From a virus (Duplodnaviria; Heunggongvirae; Uroviricota; Caudoviricetes): 38,992 nucleotides of DNA. The notes under the pieces were generated by a model that saw only the letters and a program-made list of their open reading frames with translations, was not told the DNA's origin and did not search any database. Position numbers and translations under genes: made by a program. Below are positions 23,793-32,421 of this stretch, piece after piece. The stretch is taken from IMG/VR virus record IMGVR_UViG_2785510761_000002, one strand, 5' to 3'. Within the stretch, counting starts at the first letter, position 1. Each line of letters begins with the position of its first letter.

Positions 23793-26066
23793 GTGACTGA
23801 CACACAGACCAGGACACCGACACCCGTGCAGGAGCTCACCCTGCTGCTCGGCGAGAGCGTGAAAATTGCCACAGGTAACCCGGAAGCCCAGCCCCGGCCA
23901 GGGCAGCTGATGTGCGCCAAGGACATCTGGCAGGCGCTGTCCACACGCACTCGTATGAACGGCATCGCGCCGACGGGCACGGGTAAAAGTTTTGCCCACA
24001 TGAGCTGTGCTGCACTCGCAGCGGTTCTGTACGAGGAGCGCACAGTGATCTCCACGAACTCGCTGGCATTGCAGGCGCAGTTCATGGAGAAAGATCTCCC
24101 GGTGGTTGCCGAGGCTGTAGAACATCTGTACGACGGGTACGAGCTGCGATATGCGGTGCTCAAGGGAGTGTCGAACTACGCCGACCCTGTGCGCGCGCTT
24201 GACCTTGCTAGGAACCTCACTGGCAAGACGGGCGAACGGTCATTCACCGCGCTCGTCAAGCTTCTTGAGAGCGGGCAGTTCGATAAGCGCTGGAAGCCGA
24301 AGAACTCTGGGCCGCAGACCTCTGGTGCCATGAAACTCGCTGAACTCGCCGCTTGGGCGCTCGGCGTGTATCTCGACGATAGCGCGCATGGCGACCGGGA
24401 GTCGTGTCCCGTGGAGCACACGGGTGACGACTGGTCGCTGGTGAGCGCATCGAGCGATGAGAAAGCGGAAGAGAAGGACACCGGCTACGTCGCGAAAGCA
24501 GACGACGCGAAAGATCGGGCTCTTGAAGCTCACGTCGTCGTGACCAACCACACCTTGCTTGGAATGCAGGCGGCTCAGCGCATCCCCGTCGTGTTCGGTT
24601 CGAAGCGACTCGGACGGTTCGACCACCTGATCGTCGATGAAGCTCACACGCTCCCGGATCAGGTGCGTTCACGTGGCGCCGCTGAGGTGAGTGGGCGTCA
24701 GGTCATCAAGGCCGGCCGCGCGGTCATGAATGTGATTGATGATCGATTCATCGACGAGGACGCGCAGATCCTTGCACAGGATGTGGACAAGGCCATGCAG
24801 CGCGCCGTAGCCACTCTGCCGCCGAAGGAGACAGCGCTGCGTGTTGGAGGCGACGAGGCAGGTCCAGTAGAGGATGTGCTTGATCAGATTCTACAGTTCA
24901 CCGGACGGTACCTGCGTCAGGTGAAAGCTGCTCAGGAGTCGAACAAGAGCAATCCAGTATTCACACAGAAATGCCGACGCGCGACATCGGCACTGGAGCG
25001 CCTGACGAACGCAGCGAACGATGCCACTGAGCCCAACCCGCACATCGCGCGGTGGGTGACGAAGCAAATGGATCCGAAGCTGCCGCCGGTCTTCGAGAGC
25101 AGCCCAATCTTCGTGGGAAAGCTGATCGAGAATGAACTCTGGACCGTCGCACCGGTCATCGACATGGACTCGCTCGAGCCGGAAGACGATCTCGAGGCGC
25201 TGCTGGCGATGCGCGAACCTCTGGGTGTCGCGTGTGTGAGCGCCACGCTCCCATCCACGTTCAACCTTGATGTGAACATCCCGAGTCCACCAAGTGAGTA
25301 CGCCTCACCCTTCACTGAAGCGTACGCCGGGAGCGCAATGTTTGTGCCCCAATGCTTGGCCCCAGCCGACATCGAGTCTCTGAAGAGCTCGTTTGGCGGG
25401 TACAACGGCAAGGTGAAATTTGACACCTACCGGCACGAAACATGGGCCACCGGCCTGATCATCAGCCTGGTGCGCGCAAACGGAGGCCGAGCGCTGGTGC
25501 TCAGCGCAAAATCAGCGAGCGGTAAGGCGTATGGCAAGGCTCTCGAGGAAGCACTGGCAGGAACGGGGATCTCTGTTCATACCCAGTGGGACGGTGGCCA
25601 GGTCAGCCGGATCATCGACCGGTGGCGAAGCGACGAGACGAGCGTGATGGTGGGCACCAAGTCGTGCATGACTGGCATCGACGCCAAGGGCGAGACAGCC
25701 AGCCTGATCATCATTGATCGACCGCCGCGTGCCGCAAAAAACGTCATTGACGAGGCGCGCCTCGAGGACAAGATGAGCTCGCTGGGCGGGAACCGGTGGG
25801 CGGCCGATCAGCAGGTGTATGTGAGTGACGCAGCCCTGCTGCTCGACCAGGCCGTAGGACGCGCGATCCGAGCAGAGAGCGACCGCGCAATGGTCGCAGT
25901 GCTTGACCCCAGGCTGCTCACACCAAAGTGGTCTGCGTTTAACTACTCCACCCCGGTGCGACAAGAGTTCGTGAAGCCTCTGCTGAGGTTCGGAGCCAAG
26001 TTTAATGACCTCAGTGCTGCCGTCGGCTGGTTGGAAGACCGACGGTCAAGGGTGGCAAATGGGTAA
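23793..26066 (+). CDS. dinG: DinG-family SF2 helicase lacking the Fe-S cysteine set
   Basis: APTGTGKS, VISTNSLALQAQ, VVVTNHTLL, IVDEAH, SATL, TGIDAKG, QAVGRAIR..D, LDPRL; GGGAGG SD. Confidence 0.9.
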   Translation: MTDTQTRTPTPVQELTLLLGESVKIATGNPEAQPRPGQLMCAKDIWQALSTRTRMNGIAPTGTGKSFAHMSCAALAAVLYEERTVISTNSLALQAQFMEKDLPVVAEAVEHLYDGYELRYAVLKGVSNYADPVRALDLARNLTGKTGERSFTALVKLLESGQFDKRWKPKNSGPQTSGAMKLAELAAWALGVYLDDSAHGDRESCPVEHTGDDWSLVSASSDEKAEEKDTGYVAKADDAKDRALEAHVVVTNHTLLGMQAAQRIPVVFGSKRLGRFDHLIVDEAHTLPDQVRSRGAAEVSGRQVIKAGRAVMNVIDDRFIDEDAQILAQDVDKAMQRAVATLPPKETALRVGGDEAGPVEDVLDQILQFTGRYLRQVKAAQESNKSNPVFTQKCRRATSALERLTNAANDATEPNPHIARWVTKQMDPKLPPVFESSPIFVGKLIENELWTVAPVIDMDSLEPEDDLEALLAMREPLGVACVSATLPSTFNLDVNIPSPPSEYASPFTEAYAGSAMFVPQCLAPADIESLKSSFGGYNGKVKFDTYRHETWATGLIISLVRANGGRALVLSAKSASGKAYGKALEEALAGTGISVHTQWDGGQVSRIIDRWRSDETSVMVGTKSCMTGIDAKGETASLIIIDRPPRAAKNVIDEARLEDKMSSLGGNRWAADQQVYVSDAALLLDQAVGRAIRAESDRAMVAVLDPRLLTPKWSAFNYSTPVRQEFVKPLLRFGAKFNDLSAAVGWLEDRRSRVANG

Positions 26067-26152
26067 CCTCAGCCGCCCGTAATACCCCTTGGACAGGCGC
26101 CGGCCACGGCTCCGGTTGGCGCCCGTCCGTCACCACTAGAGAAAGGTTCACC

Positions 26153-26398
26153 ATGGCGACATTCACCGTCTACAGCACCCCGCGTTGCCAGCAGTGCAAG
26201 GCTACGAGCCGAGAGCTCGAAAGCCTCAACATTCCGTTCGATTACATCGACATCACCACAGACGAAGCGAGCGCCAAACATGCGCGTTCACTGGGGTACA
26301 CCGGCGCGCCAGTGGTTGTTGCCCCGAACGGTGAGCACTGGACGGGATTCCGGCCTGACAAGATTCAGGAGCATGCCAAAGAACTCGCGACTGTTTAG
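26153..26398 (+). CDS. nrdH: NrdH-redoxin (glutaredoxin-like)
   Basis: TVYSTPRCQQCKAT, LGYTGAPVVV, HWTGFRPDKI; GAAAGG SD. Confidence 0.92.
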   Translation: MATFTVYSTPRCQQCKATSRELESLNIPFDYIDITTDEASAKHARSLGYTGAPVVVAPNGEHWTGFRPDKIQEHAKELATV

Positions 26399-26411
26399 CG
26401 GCTCACCGAAC

Positions 26412-26437
26412 AGCCCCGGCACAGACCGGGGCTTTTT
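26412..26437 (+). terminator. Intrinsic terminator after nrdH
   Basis: AGCCCCGG-cacaga-CCGGGGCT followed by TTTT. Confidence 0.85.
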
Positions 26438-26464
26438 CGTTCCCGGACCCTGCATCCGCCGCTG

Positions 26465-27583
26465 TTAGCTCTGCCTGATCAGGCGGAGTGCACTCTCTAG
26501 ACGACGATCGATGGAGGCTGCTGACGTTACACCTGAACCAAGCGGACGGCCTGGGAATTGGAGCACCAGATCGGACGCCCTGCGCCACCCGTCCGCGCTC
26601 TTCGGGTCTTCCACATTGGTGTCACCTATAGCAACCGGAGAGCCAGTGAACTCTGCTACCCACGCCCTGATGAGCTTGCGGGACAGGGCCGGCCACTTCT
26701 CGTTGCGGGAGCCCTGTGAAACTACCTCCCGAAGCTGTTTTATCTCAGAAGATGTGACCGGAGGCCTGGGGGAGAGTGCGGCAGTCACCACGGTCAACAA
26801 GACGCGATCATCTCGCTCGGACAGCTCATCGGCCTGCTCTGGGGTGAACCGAGCCCAGAGGGCTGACATATCCGGGTCTGCGGGCGCCTCCCTGAACGCG
26901 TGGGAGAGCAGAGAGTCCCTGAGCGCCGCTGGATGGTTCCCGATGTGTCTGATGATCGAATTGCGTGCAACGCGTGACAGGGGGACAGCTATCTCCGGTA
27001 TGTCGTATGTCTCATGGAGTAGCCGTGCGCCGAGCTCTGTCCTCGCCCCTCCTCGGAGACGGTGCACCATCCTCCCTACCTCGGCAAGGTCGATGCTTCC
27101 AGTGTCGAGCAGCCTGCGCTTCGATTCATCGATTTGATCGATCACAGATGGAACAGAGGGGTGCTCGAACTCCTGCTCGAAGGTGGTGGAGTGCTGGGAT
27201 GAGAACTTCCTAAACGCTGCCGCCTCGAATCGCGGGTAAATCGTGTGGAGCAGCCGCAACATCAGCTCTGTCGGCGACTTTGTGGCCAACGCGTTGAGAT
27301 CGATGCTTGATGCGGGCCGGGTGATGATCTTCTCGACATATAGCACCATCTGCGAGTGCATATCTTCACGCATACGGTCGTCAGCATGGCGGGGTGCTCG
27401 GCGCATCACCTGCTCAATCAGCATGAGTTCCGGGTTGATGATGGTGAAAAACAGGTCGAGACGATAACTGCCAGCATCAGCTCCGCGACCCTCATGTTCA
27501 AGGATCACTTGGGCAAGTCTGCGAGCTTCGGGGTCGGTGACGTGTCGAAGTCTGATCGCACTTACCGTTGAGCCCGCTGTCAC
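26465..27583 (-). CDS. Hypothetical protein (372 aa), own transcription unit, probably leaderless
   Basis: Long ORF; GTG 7 nt after box A. Confidence 0.75.
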   Translation of the reverse strand: MTAGSTVSAIRLRHVTDPEARRLAQVILEHEGRGADAGSYRLDLFFTIINPELMLIEQVMRRAPRHADDRMREDMHSQMVLYVEKIITRPASSIDLNALATKSPTELMLRLLHTIYPRFEAAAFRKFSSQHSTTFEQEFEHPSVPSVIDQIDESKRRLLDTGSIDLAEVGRMVHRLRGGARTELGARLLHETYDIPEIAVPLSRVARNSIIRHIGNHPAALRDSLLSHAFREAPADPDMSALWARFTPEQADELSERDDRVLLTVVTAALSPRPPVTSSEIKQLREVVSQGSRNEKWPALSRKLIRAWVAEFTGSPVAIGDTNVEDPKSADGWRRASDLVLQFPGRPLGSGVTSAASIDRRLESALRLIRQS

Positions 27584-27590
27584 ACCCTTT

Positions 27591-27600
27591 GAATGCGCGG
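27591..27600 (-). promoter_or_regulatory. Box A (CCGCGCATTC)
   Basis: Exact motif between a terminator and GTG 27583. Confidence 0.65.
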
Positions 27601-27615
27601 CGCATGCGAAAAATG

Positions 27616-27650
27616 CGTAACACCCCCGACAGGCTGTCGGGGGTGTTACG
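27616..27650 (-). terminator. Intrinsic terminator after the adhesin gene
   Basis: Perfect 17-bp inverted repeat CGTAACACCCCCGACAG / CTGTCGGGGGTGTTACG followed by CATTTTT on the minus strand. Confidence 0.85.
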
Positions 27651-27660
27651 GGTGCTGGTG

Positions 27661-30612
27661 CTAGACCAGTTCGGAATCTACGCCCTCATCGGAGAGTTCA
27701 CCTTGGTCGATCGACGTGTTGTCGGTCGAGGCTGCCTTGCGGCGGCCGCGGACGATGAACGCGATGGCGAGCCCGGCGAGAACCAGAACGCCTCCGGCAA
27801 TGCCGCCGATGAGCAGGCCGTTATCGGTACCCGTGTTGATGACCGCGATGGTTGCCGCAGGCTTCACAACTCGGGTGATCTCGTCCTTCTCACCGCACTT
27901 GCCGCGGTGCAGCTCGTATCGGTTTTCGCCCTCATCGGTCTTCTCGACCTGCCAGAGCGTCTCAACCCAGAGGATCTCGCCGACGTGCTTGGTGTTGACC
28001 TTCCACTTCTCCGAAAGGTACTCGCCCTCCTCGCTAACCTTGGTCGGCTCGTCGGTCTCCCGCACCTTCGTGTCGGTGGTGCACAGCTCCTCGTTGACCT
28101 CGGTCGTCTCACCCTTCTCGCGGTGGAACGCCTCGAAAGTGACCTCGTACGAGATCTCCTCGCGCTCGGAGAGCGGGCCTTCAACGATTGCAGTGTCCCA
28201 GATTTCGTCGCCGGGGAACGCTTCGTCTACAGCCTTGGTCGTAACCACGGGCTTCTCGATCTCGGTCGTTTCGTTTGGCAGGCCGCACTTGCCGCGGTGC
28301 AGCGAAACTTCCTCGTCGGTTTCGGGGTCGACAACGAACAGCTCCTCGACCCAGTACAGCGTTCCTTCGGTCTCGGCACGCACCGCCGGCGACTCGTACT
28401 GTCCAACACCGTTTACGTTCACACGGTCAGTGTGGGCGACGGGCTGCGCCTCGCATACTGCGTCGGGATCGCTGACCTCATCCTCAGTCCAGAGTACGGG
28501 AACTTCCTCGAATGTCGGCTCACCGTCTTCGTCGAGCACGGGCTTGCCGTCCTCGTCGAGGACAGGCTTCTGCTCCACAACAGCCTTCCAGTTCTCGTCA
28601 TACTTCGGCTCGCCAGCCTCAGGCTTGAGGTAGGCGGTGAAGTCGATCGATGCTGGCAGGTCAGGCATGCCGCCGGTGACGATGGCGGTGTCCTGAACGT
28701 CACCGCGAACAGTGCCGGTTACCTGTGCCGTCGTGGATACCTCAGGTCGGACAATCTCCGCAGTTTCCGCTGCTACGCCGTAGTCGTCGCACCAAGCCTC
28801 AACCTTGCCGGCCGATGCTGCAGGCTGGTTTTCCGGAGAGAAGCACCACTGCATGGTGACGAAGTTACCCTTGGCGCTCAGAGGAACGTAGATCGGATCG
28901 CTGACGATTGTTTCCTCAGGCGAGCTCGTCGTCGCGGTCACGGTTCCCAGCACCTCCGCACCCTCCGGAGCGGTCGGCGTCTGAGCAGGCTTCTCCTCAG
29001 AGAGGTAAGCCGTACCCGTGATCGTGAACGGAAGTCGCTTGCCGTCATCGCCCTGCAGCCAGCCACCCTTTGCGAGCGTGACGTTCAGCGTGTCGGTGAA
29101 CGAGTCACCGATGCTCACCGAGTCTGTGCTCAGCTCGGTCGTCAGGCGCACCTGGGTCGGCGAGTGCTGACCCTCCGTCGCCTGGCCGTAGCCGTCAGTG
29201 AAGAAGTAGTTCGCAGGGAGCATGTTCCGTGCGGCACCCGTGACCGAAGCCTCCTGATCCTTGGAATCGATGTTCCACACCCAGGTGTAGAAGCCGGCTT
29301 CCTCGGAAACAGCGTCAGTCTTCACCTCGTAGGTCTGCGGCTGGCTGTGATCGCGCCCTGAATCGGTCGTGATCTCAGCGGTAGCTGCAACAGGTGCCCC
29401 GTTGGGAGGTGCGCCTGCTGGGTTCAGCGCTGGATCCTGCAGGAATGGACCATACAGGGTCCCGGTGGCCTTGATTGGCGCATAGCGCTTCTCGCCCTTG
29501 CTGTTCTGAGCCCAGCGCCAGATTCCCGAGCCTGCCTTGGATGGGTAGAAGGTCACCGTGTCAGCGAACTTCTCGCCCTCACCGACAACCTTTGAAGGGG
29601 TCTCGGTGCTCAGTTCCGGAGCCCAGAGCGTATCCGGGTCAACCAGCTGCGCTTCGAAATTACCGGACTTCTCTACGTGCTCTCCTGGCCAGCAGTGTGA
29701 CTGGCTCGAGTACCCGCTGAGGAACTCACAGCCCGGAAGGCCCCAGGACTCGAATCGGTACTTACCGTTGAGCGTGATCGTGTAGTAACGATCCCAGGTT
29801 TCAGCAGTCGGAGGGATGCCCTGGTATGAGACCTTGGTGCCTGCAGCTGCTCCTCCAGGGAAGGAGATGCTGGCGTTGCCGGATGACGTGAAAATGCCGT
29901 TCGTCAGCTTCAGCTCGGTCGTGCTCTCCGGCACGTCGATCTGGCCAACGTACGGGTTCTGCACGTTGGGAAGGAATGTCGGGTTACCGGTGGGTGCGCC
30001 TGATCCGGAGCCTGAGAAGTCGCCGCCGGCGTTCAGCCAGGCGTTTGCTTCTGCAATGTAACCATCAGCGGTGGCGCTGTGGCTGGGCAAAGCTTTCACC
30101 CATCCGTTGAGGATCTCGTGGTAACCACCAGTGCCGGTGCTGCCACGGATCTTCCAGATGGCGAGCTGCACCGATGCGGCCTGGTCAGCGTCTGCCGTCT
30201 CGCCGAACTTGTCGATGACGTACCGGAACACCTTGAAGTCGTGCCCCGAAAGTGCACCCTGCCCGGACTGTCCCACCTGAACTCCGAGGTCGGCTGCCCA
30301 GTAGTCCGTCACGGCCGACGCTGGGAGCGAAGTGACGTCGTTCGAGGCAGTGCCGTCAGTAGGGAGGTCCTTGAAGATCTCCACGCAGTATGTGCGCTTG
30401 CCGTTCTGGGCGATCCAGTTGCCAATTGTTGTGGTGCCAGCCGCGGTGATACGCGCGCCATTTGTGACTGCCTGAGCGGCTGGTGCTGAGGTGTCGAACA
30501 CGACTGCGCCGCCGGTGACCACGAGGCCAGCAAGCATCACTGCGGTGAGCTTTTTTCCGATTCGCCGACGGGCGCGTGGCGCCGGAGGGCTGAGGGTGGT
30601 GGTTGCAGACAT
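27661..30612 (-). CDS. Sortase-anchored surface adhesin with an N-terminal thioester domain (TED) and Ig-like stalk repeats
   Basis: Signal peptide ending AAQA; TYCVE (YC motif); ASVQLAIW (TQxAIW-type); four T..T....GD...DT..V repeats with Cys pairs; C-terminal INTG + TM + RGRRK; GAAAGGA SD. Confidence 0.8.
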   Translation of the reverse strand: MSATTTLSPPAPRARRRIGKKLTAVMLAGLVVTGGAVVFDTSAPAAQAVTNGARITAAGTTTIGNWIAQNGKRTYCVEIFKDLPTDGTASNDVTSLPASAVTDYWAADLGVQVGQSGQGALSGHDFKVFRYVIDKFGETADADQAASVQLAIWKIRGSTGTGGYHEILNGWVKALPSHSATADGYIAEANAWLNAGGDFSGSGSGAPTGNPTFLPNVQNPYVGQIDVPESTTELKLTNGIFTSSGNASISFPGGAAAGTKVSYQGIPPTAETWDRYYTITLNGKYRFESWGLPGCEFLSGYSSQSHCWPGEHVEKSGNFEAQLVDPDTLWAPELSTETPSKVVGEGEKFADTVTFYPSKAGSGIWRWAQNSKGEKRYAPIKATGTLYGPFLQDPALNPAGAPPNGAPVAATAEITTDSGRDHSQPQTYEVKTDAVSEEAGFYTWVWNIDSKDQEASVTGAARNMLPANYFFTDGYGQATEGQHSPTQVRLTTELSTDSVSIGDSFTDTLNVTLAKGGWLQGDDGKRLPFTITGTAYLSEEKPAQTPTAPEGAEVLGTVTATTSSPEETIVSDPIYVPLSAKGNFVTMQWCFSPENQPAASAGKVEAWCDDYGVAAETAEIVRPEVSTTAQVTGTVRGDVQDTAIVTGGMPDLPASIDFTAYLKPEAGEPKYDENWKAVVEQKPVLDEDGKPVLDEDGEPTFEEVPVLWTEDEVSDPDAVCEAQPVAHTDRVNVNGVGQYESPAVRAETEGTLYWVEELFVVDPETDEEVSLHRGKCGLPNETTEIEKPVVTTKAVDEAFPGDEIWDTAIVEGPLSEREEISYEVTFEAFHREKGETTEVNEELCTTDTKVRETDEPTKVSEEGEYLSEKWKVNTKHVGEILWVETLWQVEKTDEGENRYELHRGKCGEKDEITRVVKPAATIAVINTGTDNGLLIGGIAGGVLVLAGLAIAFIVRGRRKAASTDNTSIDQGELSDEGVDSELV
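27893..28303. repeat. 21-bp exact direct repeat (CCGCACTTGCCGCGGTGCAGC) at 27893-27913 and 28283-28303, marking a 130-aa domain duplication
   Basis: Both copies encode LHRGKCG, 390 bp apart. Confidence 0.85.
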
Positions 30613-30677
30613 CTGCTGTGGGTATCCTTTCGGGTTGCAGATGGGTCTTGTGCATGCACAAGCCCGTCCGAAAGAAC

Positions 30678-30689
30678 CACATACGGGTC
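30678..30689 (-). promoter_or_regulatory. Box B (GACCCGTATGTG)
   Basis: Exact motif 65 nt upstream of the adhesin ATG, just after a terminator. Confidence 0.65.
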
Positions 30690-30727
30690 ATTTTCAGGCC
30701 CTCAGCATTTTCCAGTGAATTAGTTCT

Positions 30728-30781
30728 AAAAAGGGGGAAGCCCCTGCATGGATCTGCGAACTGATCCGTGCAGGGGCTTCC
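30728..30781 (-). terminator. Intrinsic terminator after the Gly-rich protein gene
   Basis: 19-bp inverted repeat with one mismatch (30736-30754 / 30763-30781), with a TTTTT tract 3 nt downstream on the minus strand. Confidence 0.8.
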
Positions 30782-30788
30782 TTTGTGC

Positions 30789-32240
30789 CTACCCCCACTC
30801 GTCGCTAGGGGGCGAGTAGGTGGGGCAGGTCACACCGTTTGTGGTGAACGAGCCGCCGTCGGGGAACCATCCAGCCGGGGCACCGGGGCAGGTGTATCCA
30901 CCGCTGCTACCACCGTCCGAACCTCCGCCCCCGGTGCCGCCGCCGCCGCCACCTGAGCCGGTGCCACCGCCGCCCGAGCCACTGCCTCCGCCCCCGGTGC
31001 CGCCGCCACCGCCACCTGATCCAGTGCCACCGCCGCCCGAGCCGGTCCAGCCGTCGGAGCCGTATCCGCCGGTGCCGCTCCAGTCGCTAGAGCCACCGTC
31101 GTAGCCGCTCCAGTCGTCTCCGCCACCTCCGCCGTATGCAGCTTCCTGCGCTGCGGCTTCAGCTGCGGCCGCTTCTGCGGCTACCGCGTCGGCGTGGGCT
31201 TTGGTCGCAGTGTTCGCGGCACTGACGTACGCCTGAATCTTGGCAATGGTCAGTGTCACACGATGCGCGCCGGTGACCTCGACAGCTTCGCCCTCGGCTT
31301 CCTTAACCTTGGGGGCGAGCTTCTTCTCGGGATTGAACTTGTAGGCCGAAGCGAAGTCGCTAGCGTCCTTCGCGGTGGCAGTCACCTTGGCGAGAGCGTC
31401 GCCGCCCTTTGTCTGCGCGGCGACCACGGACTTCGCCTGCTCGGGGAGCTTCTGCGCTGCAGTGTTCAGCGCAGGGAGCGAGGCTGCAACTGCGTCGAGG
31501 ACGGCGGCGTTTTGCTTTGCCTCATCTTCGTGCAGTGCTTTCGCGTCTGCCAGGTCGTTCTCTGCGTTCAGTAGTGTGGCCTTCGCATCGGCGACTGTCT
31601 GCTTCGTGACCTTTTCCGGTGCGACGGTGCTCAAGTCCTTGACGGGCTCCGCTTCCTGCGCGAAAACGGCAGCTTGGGCAGGCTTCGCGCCGATCCATGT
31701 ATCGGGTAGCTTTTCGAGCTGCTCCGGCGTTGCCTTCTTATCCGGCGATGCGATCGCCTTGAGGAACGCTGCCTGCTCGTCGTCGATTTTGGGAAGCGAC
31801 TTCTTCAACTCTGCTGCGGCTGCGGATAGTGCCTTGGTCTGCGCCTCGGGGATCACGGCCTTGTCAGCCTTGCCGAGAGCCTCCAGGTCTGACTGCAGCG
31901 CGGTAGCTTCATCGAGCTGCAGCGCGGTGAGTGCGCGCAGCTCGTACGTCTCGGCGGTCGTGTCGAACGTCGCGACATGGGCCTCCACGGTTGCGGAGAC
32001 TGCAGCCTTGTAGTCATCGACCTTCGCCTGGTGGAGCAGCGGGGGAATGCCGATGGCTGCAGCGATCGCTGCGACAGCGACGACCGCTCCACCGATGACC
32101 AGGCCGAGCTTCTTGCGGGGCTTCTGAACGGGCTCCTCGGCTGCAGGGGCAGCTTCGGAAGCAGTGCTTTCTTCAGGCTCGACCTCGTTCAGCTCGCGCG
32201 TCTGATCGTCAGCCTGATTCTGCTGATCTTCGGTGGACAT
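30789..32240 (-). CDS. Membrane-anchored Ala-rich helical protein with Gly-rich tail and small two-Cys C-terminal domain
   Basis: Acidic N-terminus, KPRKK + TM helix, Ala/Lys/Glu-rich body, GGGG repeats; GAGGAG SD. Confidence 0.85.
   Translation of the reverse strand: MSTEDQQNQADDQTRELNEVEPEESTASEAAPAAEEPVQKPRKKLGLVIGGAVVAVAAIAAAIGIPPLLHQAKVDDYKAAVSATVEAHVATFDTTAETYELRALTALQLDEATALQSDLEALGKADKAVIPEAQTKALSAAAAELKKSLPKIDDEQAAFLKAIASPDKKATPEQLEKLPDTWIGAKPAQAAVFAQEAEPVKDLSTVAPEKVTKQTVADAKATLLNAENDLADAKALHEDEAKQNAAVLDAVAASLPALNTAAQKLPEQAKSVVAAQTKGGDALAKVTATAKDASDFASAYKFNPEKKLAPKVKEAEGEAVEVTGAHRVTLTIAKIQAYVSAANTATKAHADAVAAEAAAAEAAAQEAAYGGGGGDDWSGYDGGSSDWSGTGGYGSDGWTGSGGGGTGSGGGGGGTGGGGSGSGGGGTGSGGGGGGTGGGGSDGGSSGGYTCPGAPAGWFPDGGSFTTNGVTCPTYSPPSDEWG
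30922..31043. repeat. Near-perfect tandem duplication of a 63-bp unit (21 aa, GSGGGGTGSGGGGGGTGGGGS)
   Basis: Units begin at 30922 and 30985 and differ mainly at synonymous positions. Confidence 0.8.
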
Positions 32241-32295
32241 CTGTATCTCCTCGTTTTGTGGTACGCCAAAGGACCGCCAGCGGCGGCTGATCTTC

Positions 32296-32305
32296 TAATG
32301 CGCGG
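32296..32305 (-). promoter_or_regulatory. Box A (CCGCGCATTA)
   Basis: 9/9 core match 55 nt upstream of ATG 32240 in an AT-richer intergenic region. Confidence 0.6.
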
Positions 32306-32421
32306 CCATAACACGTCCATTCAACCGTGTGTGGGTCACTTATTACCAATCGGTTCATCAACCATGATTTACCCACATATAGCTACGACCTCGCAGCAAG
32401 GGGCTGCGAGGTCGTAGAAGG

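Noticed and set aside
27568-29361. 597-aa plus-strand ORF
   Set aside because: Antisense shadow of the adhesin gene; no SD or family motifs, typical of GC-rich codon bias.
32241-32421. AT-richer intergenic region as a replication origin
   Set aside because: No iterons or DnaA boxes recognised; adequately explained as a promoter region containing box A.
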